From: an uncultured SAR86 cluster bacterium
GTDB lineage: Bacteria; Pseudomonadota; Gammaproteobacteria; Magnimaribacterales; Magnimaribacteraceae
Direction: 5' to 3'
Assembly (NCBI GenBank): GCA_902618945.1
Contig: CACNCK010000003.1
Location: 24,252 to 88,251, forward strand
DNA: 64,000 nt
This document shows, piece after piece, positions 57,739-64,000 of this stretch. The first letter of the stretch is position 1; each line of letters opens with the position of its first letter. The notes under the pieces were generated by a model. The model was given only the letters and a program-made list of their open reading frames with translations, was not told where the DNA came from and searched no databases. Position numbers and translations under genes: made by a program.

Positions 57739-58641
57739 ATGGAACAATATTTAAATCTACTTACAGAAATAAAATCTAAAGGAACCAAAAAAGAGGATAG
57801 AACCGGAACAGGAACAATTAGCATATTCGGACATCAAATGAGATTTGATTTGAATGATGGGTTTCCACTAGTAACCACCAAAAAAGTAAATTTCAATGCC
57901 ATCTTGCATGAACTTTTATGGTTCATAAAAGGTGAGACAAATATTGAATATTTAGTAAAAAATAATGTAAATATCTGGAATGAATGGCCATTTCAAAGTT
58001 GGTTGGAGAAAACAAATCAAATCGAAGGGTTGGCCATGCATTCAAAGGAATGGAAGGAAAAATTACAAGAATTTGTTGATCTAGTAAAAAAAGACAATTC
58101 CTTTGCAAAAGAGTATGGAGACCTTGGACCAGTATATGGTAAGCAGTGGAGAGATTTTGAAGGAGTAGATCAATTATCTCAAGTAATAGAGGATCTAAAG
58201 AATAGCCCTAACTCTAGACGTCATATTGTCTCGGCCTGGAATCCAAAGGAAATTCCAACCATGATTAGGTCCGGCTTACCGCCTTGTCATACGCTCTTTC
58301 AGTTTTACGTGGCTAATGGAAAGCTATCTTGTCAGTTATACCAAAGAAGTGCCGATGTATTTCTAGGTGTTCCATATAATATTGCGTCTTACGCCCTTCT
58401 TACTTGCATGATAGCTTCGGTCACAGATCTAGAGGTAGGAGAATTTGTTCACTCTTTAGGTGATACACATATTTATCTGAATCATCTCGATCAGGTTGAT
58501 GAACAACTATCTAGAGAGCCACATAAGCTACCCAAAATCGAGATAAATAAAAAAGATGTTCTATTCGATTATACCTTTGAAGATTTCAAACTTGTAGACT
58601 ATAACTCCCATCCCTTTATTAGTGCTCCCATTGCCGTTTAA
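57739..58641 (+). CDS. thyA: Thymidylate synthase
   Basis: [41 protein letters not shown]. Confidence 0.97.
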   Translation: MEQYLNLLTEIKSKGTKKEDRTGTGTISIFGHQMRFDLNDGFPLVTTKKVNFNAILHELLWFIKGETNIEYLVKNNVNIWNEWPFQSWLEKTNQIEGLAMHSKEWKEKLQEFVDLVKKDNSFAKEYGDLGPVYGKQWRDFEGVDQLSQVIEDLKNSPNSRRHIVSAWNPKEIPTMIRSGLPPCHTLFQFYVANGKLSCQLYQRSADVFLGVPYNIASYALLTCMIASVTDLEVGEFVHSLGDTHIYLNHLDQVDEQLSREPHKLPKIEINKKDVLFDYTFEDFKLVDYNSHPFISAPIAV

Positions 58642-59120
58642 TGGAAATCATATTAATTGCAGCCGTAGATAAAAATCTAGCAATAGGCAAAGATGGAAAA
58701 ATCCCTTGGGAAGTAAAAGAAGATCTAAAGTTCTTTAGAGAAAATACAGAAGATTCAGCGATCATAATGGGCCGTGCAACATTCGATTCAATTGGCAGAC
58801 CCTTGCCTAAAAGAAAGAATATCGTTATGACCAGAACATTTAAGGGTAGAGAAGGAGTAATTGAAGTTAACTCTAGTAAGGATGCCTTAGAGCAGGCAAA
58901 AAGTTACTCTGAGAAGATTAATATCATTGGTGGAGAATATATTTACAAAGAATTCCTGCCCTTAGCTACAAAACTTCTAATAACAGAAATAGATATTGAA
59001 GTGATTTCACCAGATGCATTTTTTCCTGAGTGGGATATAAATCAATGGAAAGAAATTTCAAGAAAGCAAAGTTCTGAAAACGGACTTAATTTTAGTTTTG
59101 TGGAATACCAGAGAGATTAG
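58641..59120 (+). CDS. folA: Dihydrofolate reductase
   Basis: IGKDGKIPW, DLKFF, MGRATFDSIGRPLPKR, IIGG, DAFFP. Confidence 0.95.
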   Translation: MEIILIAAVDKNLAIGKDGKIPWEVKEDLKFFRENTEDSAIIMGRATFDSIGRPLPKRKNIVMTRTFKGREGVIEVNSSKDALEQAKSYSEKINIIGGEYIYKEFLPLATKLLITEIDIEVISPDAFFPEWDINQWKEISRKQSSENGLNFSFVEYQRD

Positions 59121-60586
59121 ACTCCTAAAGCTTTTCTTTTCAACTTAAGAGCTTCAACTCTTTCTTCTTCACCTTCAGTATATGTCACCCACTTCCTAGC
59201 TTGATCTTGAACTCTTTTCTTCTTCTCTTTTTGCTTTTCTTTTTTATCATCAAATTGTCTTTCAGCTACATCAATACATTTTCTGAAAGATTCAATTGCA
59301 GATTCCCATTTTTGGTTTTCGAAATTTATCTGTCCTAAGAGCATATAAGCTGCAGCTTCATCTTTCAGCTTGCCTTTTGCTAAGCCATCCTCAATCGCTT
59401 TTTTAGCTTTATCAAATTCATCTAAACTAAAATGAACTTGCCCTAGAAAGATGAACAGCTCGCCCTCCTTAGATTTTGTTGCCGCCTGTAAATAATAGGG
59501 CTTTGCTCTTTCGAGTTCTTTGGCTGCGTGCCAGTATTGAGCAGCAGCCTTTAATGTCTTCTCTTCTTTTTTGACTATTCCACGATTTAAACCATCCTCT
59601 ATGACTTTGGCAGCTTTACGTGGGTTTTCAAACATAAAAAGAAGTTGCGACAATGCTGTAAACTCTCTTTGTTTATCTAAAAGATTGTCATCATAAGCAG
59701 CTTCAAGGGCACCCATTTGATCCATTTGTCTATCTCTTTGTCCGTATAATCCAGATAAATTAGTCCAGTATCTCTTTTTTGGATAGTATTGAACAAGAAT
59801 CTCATAAATTGGTAAGACTTCAAGGTCTTTCTTTAATTCGGAGTAGAGCGCCATTTTAAGCAAATAATGATTTTCTTTAGCTACTCCTTTTCTTGTTTCA
59901 CCTGTCTCAATCATCTCTCCTGTTTCATTGCCTTCATCATCAAGAACTGCCACTTTTATAGGTATATCTCTAGATTCTTGAATTTCTATTGCAGTATCTA
60001 TGGCTTCAATAGATTTTTGAAAGTTTTCTACTTGATAGTATGCTTGAGCCAGAAGTCCATACCCATCAGAACTTGGCTCTTCTTCATTATCAAGCCACTC
60101 TAGCAAATAACTGATCGAGCCCTTGTAATCTTCTGCAATATATCTGAGTTGTGATAAAGAATATATGGCTCCCTGTCTCTCTTGATCGCTAGAGTCTTCT
60201 TCTGCAATCAAATTCTTATAAGCTCTTTCGGCAAGGCTATAATCTTCTTTTGAAAAATAGATGTATCCTCTGTAATAGTACATCTTCGACCTGTCTGTGC
60301 TGGTAAATTTGGAATCTACGACAGCAACAGGCTCGAGTGCAAGCAGAGCTTCATCCCATTGTTCATTTTCAATTAAAGGAACTATGCCTTGCAAAATTCT
60401 TTGCATCTTTTTGCTAGGAAGTTTTGTACGTCTTCTTTTCTTTTTCTTCTTAGTGTCATCATCAGCAGCCTCAAGAGATGCACCTTTGTAGTCTAGAGGT
60501 GATACTCCTAAAGTAACTGGCAATAAACTTATAACTGTTGCAATTAGAAATATTTTTAAGGGGTAATTTAATTTTAATCTTTTCAT
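59117..60586 (-). CDS. Exported TPR-repeat protein of the TonB2 cluster (TtpD-like)
   Basis: Signal-like N-terminus, multiple TPR helices, YPKKRYW; directly downstream of tonB. Confidence 0.78.
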   Translation of the reverse strand: MKRLKLNYPLKIFLIATVISLLPVTLGVSPLDYKGASLEAADDDTKKKKKRRRTKLPSKKMQRILQGIVPLIENEQWDEALLALEPVAVVDSKFTSTDRSKMYYYRGYIYFSKEDYSLAERAYKNLIAEEDSSDQERQGAIYSLSQLRYIAEDYKGSISYLLEWLDNEEEPSSDGYGLLAQAYYQVENFQKSIEAIDTAIEIQESRDIPIKVAVLDDEGNETGEMIETGETRKGVAKENHYLLKMALYSELKKDLEVLPIYEILVQYYPKKRYWTNLSGLYGQRDRQMDQMGALEAAYDDNLLDKQREFTALSQLLFMFENPRKAAKVIEDGLNRGIVKKEEKTLKAAAQYWHAAKELERAKPYYLQAATKSKEGELFIFLGQVHFSLDEFDKAKKAIEDGLAKGKLKDEAAAYMLLGQINFENQKWESAIESFRKCIDVAERQFDDKKEKQKEKKKRVQDQARKWVTYTEGEEERVEALKLKRKALGV

Positions 60587-60592
60587 AACTAT

Positions 60593-61234
60593 TTATGCAC
60601 AGCCTTCAGGAACGTAATCCGCCGGCTTACTTGGATCTTCAATCTTAAATACAATAATTGTTCGGACATTCGGCACTTCTATGGCTTCACCATCTCTTAT
60701 CTGAGGTTTGTATTTATACTTTAACGCAGACCTCATTGCTGCCCTGTCAAAAATTCCTGGAGGCACAGACCATTCAACTTCGGGTTCTTTTGTAGAACCA
60801 ACTTTCGTGACAGTGAATTTGAGCATTACACATCCTTCTATTCCTCTTTCTAGAGCTCTTCTAGGATATACGGGTGGAACTTGGAAAATAGGTACATATG
60901 AACCATCAGCAAATACTCCTGCCTTCTTTCCTTTGAAGCCTAAGTTTGGTCTAGCTGCAGATGTATCTAGGTCAGCTGGAGGGGTCATATCAAATTCAGG
61001 TGGCATTGTTTCAGGCGGAGGCTCCTCTTCTTGAGGACGCTCCATATCCATCATAAGTTCAAGCTCTCTTTCAGGCATAGTAACATCAGCTATTTTTATT
61101 GACTTGTCATTTAACTCTACGTCACCAACGTCTATTAACCATTGCATAGCATAAAAAATGGCAACTGTGAGGAACAAAGACCCACTTAAAGTGGCCCCTA
61201 ACATTTTAAGATTTTGTTCCGCAAAAAATCCCAT
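60593..61234 (-). CDS. tonB: TonB energy transducer
   Basis: N-terminal TM helix, Pro/Glu linker, PVYPRRALERGIEG, FDRAA, YKYKP. Confidence 0.92.
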   Translation of the reverse strand: MGFFAEQNLKMLGATLSGSLFLTVAIFYAMQWLIDVGDVELNDKSIKIADVTMPERELELMMDMERPQEEEPPPETMPPEFDMTPPADLDTSAARPNLGFKGKKAGVFADGSYVPIFQVPPVYPRRALERGIEGCVMLKFTVTKVGSTKEPEVEWSVPPGIFDRAAMRSALKYKYKPQIRDGEAIEVPNVRTIIVFKIEDPSKPADYVPEGCA

Positions 61235-61239
61235 AGAAT

Positions 61240-61650
61240 CTAAAATTTCGGTTCAGATGCTAATGAAATAGCATATACTCCAGCTTCTCTGGACTGGTCC
61301 ATAACTTGTATAATTGCATCAGCCTGAGCCTTTTCGTCGGCCTGAATAACAACAGATCCTTGGGGGTTATCAGCCAATAGCTTAGTAATATTTGCTTTAA
61401 CTTGTCGTACATCTACCCTTCTACCATCTATCCAGATATCATTTGTAGCGCCGATGGCTATGAGAATGGCAGCATTTTCTTGGATATTAGAAGTTTCAGC
61501 ATCTGGCCTGTTAACTTCTAAACCCGGTTCCTTAATAAAATTAGCTGTTACGATAAAGAATATCAGAAGAATGAAAACTACGTCCAACATAGGCGTTAAA
61601 TTTATATCTTCTTCTTCAGCTACAGCACTACTAATTGGTGATCTTCTCAT
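61240..61650 (-). CDS. exbD: ExbD/TolR family protein
   Basis: INLTPMLDVVFILLIFFIVT, VIQADEKA, VMDQ. Confidence 0.93.
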   Translation of the reverse strand: MRRSPISSAVAEEEDINLTPMLDVVFILLIFFIVTANFIKEPGLEVNRPDAETSNIQENAAILIAIGATNDIWIDGRRVDVRQVKANITKLLADNPQGSVVIQADEKAQADAIIQVMDQSREAGVYAISLASEPKF

Positions 61651-61660
61651 AATTAAATTC

Positions 61661-62185
61661 CTATTCTACGACCAACTGATCAACCAGTAGATCTTTTTCT
61701 TTTTGGGCCCTATTGACTAAAAATTGATTTGCTAATGTCCCGGTTAAGGCAACTGCCAAACCTGCCATGGCTGGTATTGTTGACCTTGAAACTCCTCCGG
61801 CCATGGCCTTGGCATCGCCACCTCCGGTTACTGCAAGTAAATGGAAAACTTCAATCATTCCAGTAATAGTTCCGAATAAACCAAACAAAGGTGCTATACC
61901 AACACACATTTTTATAAGTCCTAGATTTTTATCAATTCTAATTTCATTCTCTGAAATTAACATGTCTCTTATTGCTTTAGAATTCCAAGAGCTTTTATCT
62001 TGTCGTGAATCCCATTCTGTCATTGAGACTCCAACATAGTTCTTATGAGTATAGAAATAGAACCACATTCTTTCAAAAATGAGGAACCACATAACGAAGG
62101 CTAATAGTCCTATTAAATAGAGAACATCTCCTCCTCTTTGCATAAAAGCGAAAAGAGCATCTGAAAAGTTATAAAAAAATTGCAT
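61661..62185 (-). CDS. exbB: ExbB/TolQ proton channel
   Basis: GGDV, LIFER, APLFGLFGTITGMI, GVSRSTIP. Confidence 0.9.
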   Translation of the reverse strand: MQFFYNFSDALFAFMQRGGDVLYLIGLLAFVMWFLIFERMWFYFYTHKNYVGVSMTEWDSRQDKSSWNSKAIRDMLISENEIRIDKNLGLIKMCVGIAPLFGLFGTITGMIEVFHLLAVTGGGDAKAMAGGVSRSTIPAMAGLAVALTGTLANQFLVNRAQKEKDLLVDQLVVE

Positions 62186-62204
62186 CCTTTTATTTCTTTA
62201 TAAT

Positions 62205-63596
62205 TTAATTAGTCCCCTCTGAACGTTTAGCAGCCATTCCTGTACTTGACTCTTCAATAGTACCTAAAATTCCCCTAGAAATATTATTTACTGTCGCGTA
62301 CATAAAGGTAGTCGGAATAGCGACCATCAAGCCAAGCCATGTTGTTACAAGAGCAGTGGAGATACCACTCGCCATTGTCTTTGGATCTCCAGTACCGAAT
62401 AAGGTTATCATTGTAAAGGTTTCAATCATACCTATGATTGTTCCAAACAGACCCATCAAAGGCGCTACAACTGAGACAATCTTGAGAACCCAATTTAAGC
62501 CCTCTACTGTTGGCCTTTCTTTAAGAATTTGCTCAGCCATTTTTAACTCTAAAGTCTCAGTATCGGCCTCTTTATCATCTTCGGCAATTTTTAGAATTCT
62601 TCCTAGTGCATTGTCATTACTCAGCATCGAATTTCCAGCTTGAGCTATCACGCCACCCCTAATATTCCATAGCTCATAGAATCGCCATATAAATAGTAGT
62701 GTTGCAAGTAAGCCTATTATCATCAACATATATCCAACTGGCCCACCTTCTTGCATCTTGCCCCATGTGCTTGGCATAGATATCAAACTGGCAAGTAGAG
62801 AGCCTCCTTGAGGTCCCGTAGGATCTACAGCAAACTGAACAGGAAATGAATCCCCATCCAGGATATCTGAGGTTTGAGAAGTATATCTTCCTGCAGGTTG
62901 TGAAGGAAGTTCTGAATAAGCACCCCTTGAAGGAGAATAAGTCAAATACTGTCCATCGGAAACTACATTAAAGTTACCAACTCTTACTACATCTCTATTT
63001 TCCACATTACCATCAGTGGTAATAACTTCGGTATTGAATTTGACAACCTCACCAGATGCATTAATTTCTCTTTGAAGTTCGTACCACAATGTTTCAAGTT
63101 CCTGAATTGAAGCTAATTTAATTCCTTCATTCATTTTAGAGCCAAGAGCAGTCATGAATTCTTCTCTTTCTTTACCAAATTGAGCAGCTGTAATTGACTG
63201 TTCCATGATGTTTCTAGCTTCAGTAGTACTACCAGCTAGGTGACCAAATATCTCATTTAATGAACCAAGCCTTTCCCTTAATTGCTCCTCTGCCACAACT
63301 AATAATGCTTCGTTCGCTTCGAATTGTTGTTCGAGTCTGGCAGCTTCCCTCTCTAATCTTGCTCTTTCATCTTTTGCGTCTGAAAGCAGTTTAGCTTGTT
63401 TATTTTTTTCATTTCTAAACGCAGCCTCTCTTTCCCTTTGTTCCTGAGTATCAGCAAACTGACCTTGTTTTACTATTTCAAGTAATTCTTGAGGGTTTGA
63501 AGGCTGTGCAGCCTCTTCTTCACCTTCTTCGGAAAAAGTATATGAAGATATTAAGCCGAAACTTACAAGAAATATAAAAAGTTTAATGTTCTTCAT
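62205..63596 (-). CDS. Large ExbB-like protein (TtpC-like)
   Basis: Signal peptide, coiled coil, VRVGNF, DPTG, APLMGLFGTIIGMIETF, GISTALVTT. Confidence 0.87.
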   Translation of the reverse strand: MKNIKLFIFLVSFGLISSYTFSEEGEEEAAQPSNPQELLEIVKQGQFADTQEQREREAAFRNEKNKQAKLLSDAKDERARLEREAARLEQQFEANEALLVVAEEQLRERLGSLNEIFGHLAGSTTEARNIMEQSITAAQFGKEREEFMTALGSKMNEGIKLASIQELETLWYELQREINASGEVVKFNTEVITTDGNVENRDVVRVGNFNVVSDGQYLTYSPSRGAYSELPSQPAGRYTSQTSDILDGDSFPVQFAVDPTGPQGGSLLASLISMPSTWGKMQEGGPVGYMLMIIGLLATLLFIWRFYELWNIRGGVIAQAGNSMLSNDNALGRILKIAEDDKEADTETLELKMAEQILKERPTVEGLNWVLKIVSVVAPLMGLFGTIIGMIETFTMITLFGTGDPKTMASGISTALVTTWLGLMVAIPTTFMYATVNNISRGILGTIEESSTGMAAKRSEGTN

Positions 63597-63597
63597 T

Positions 63598-63999
63598 TTA
63601 GTTTGCCTCCGTTGCTGCTGGCAAAGGTAATTCCATTAAATCGACCGTTGCTAATTTATTGGCAATCCTAAGACCACGTCTTGTTGGATTCCTATAACTG
63701 TTATCTAGTTCTTCCCATGCTCTTGTGGAATTATTCCATGCATGGGTCTGGGTTTCGTCAGCAGTTTGAAAGACCATAGCAAGTCTTCCAACTCTCAATA
63801 CATTACCTTCTATTAATTCTCCATCAATGACGATGCTGTCTTTGTATGCATCTATCTTTCTACCGTATTCTGCCTCGACATTAAATGCCTCTAGAACTTG
63901 CCTTAATCCTTCAGCAGGAGAAACGGTCGGATTATCTAAGGCAGCCTTGGCAAAGGCTATTCTTTCTTTCCTTTCTGCAAGATGAAAAGGAAGATCTAA
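63598..63999 (-). CDS. DUF3450 (TtpB-like) protein, 5' end outside window
   Basis: Open frame to window edge: LDLPFHLAERKERI...EAEYGRKI...VLRVGRL; usual position upstream of ttpC-exbB-exbD-tonB. Confidence 0.82.
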   Translation of the reverse strand, partial: LDLPFHLAERKERIAFAKAALDNPTVSPAEGLRQVLEAFNVEAEYGRKIDAYKDSIVIDGELIEGNVLRVGRLAMVFQTADETQTHAWNNSTRAWEELDNSYRNPTRRGLRIANKLATVDLMELPLPAATEAN

Positions 64000-64000
64000 C

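Noticed and set aside
1-64000. CRISPR arrays, rRNA, IS elements, defence systems, frameshifted pseudogenes
   Set aside because: No regularly spaced repeats, transposase, nuclease or methylase ORFs seen; recognised genes look full length

Overview
AT-rich, very compact bacterial chromosome segment (many 1-8 bp gene overlaps, intergenic gaps mostly under 60 bp). Gene content and order fit a streamlined marine gammaproteobacterium; SAR86-like is an inference, not a proof. Core blocks: rsmA(3' end)-apaH-cca-pteridine reductase; folK-folB-tsaD/rpsU-yqeY; riboflavin synthase-pyrE/gmk-rpoZ-spoT-ridA-recG; cmoAB; a membrane pyrophosphatase; an unlisted rubredoxin divergent from ubiA; a type II glutamine synthetase heading ntrB-ntrC; gpmA; hisBHAF; mutY-yggX-tRNA-Phe; gcvTHP; rppH; an actP-like symporter-lgt-thyA-folA; and a TtpC-type TonB2 cluster. 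Two accessory tracts: an ACAD10/LvaA-like kinase + MaoC pair + spinster MFS cassette (2.8-6.4 kb) and an enzyme-rich tract after tRNA-Phe (about 33.7-46.5 kb). The best unexplained signals are (1) an unannotated ~90-nt minus-strand small RNA at 34985-35074 with a -10 element, palindromic operators, a C-rich loop and an intrinsic terminator, set among tiny membrane-protein ORFs; (2) GSII occupying the glnA slot with NtrC boxes retained; (3) a DnaA-box cluster, possibly oriC, upstream of gcvT. No CRISPR array, rRNA, integrase or transposase was seen. All calls come from reading the sequence; no searches were run.
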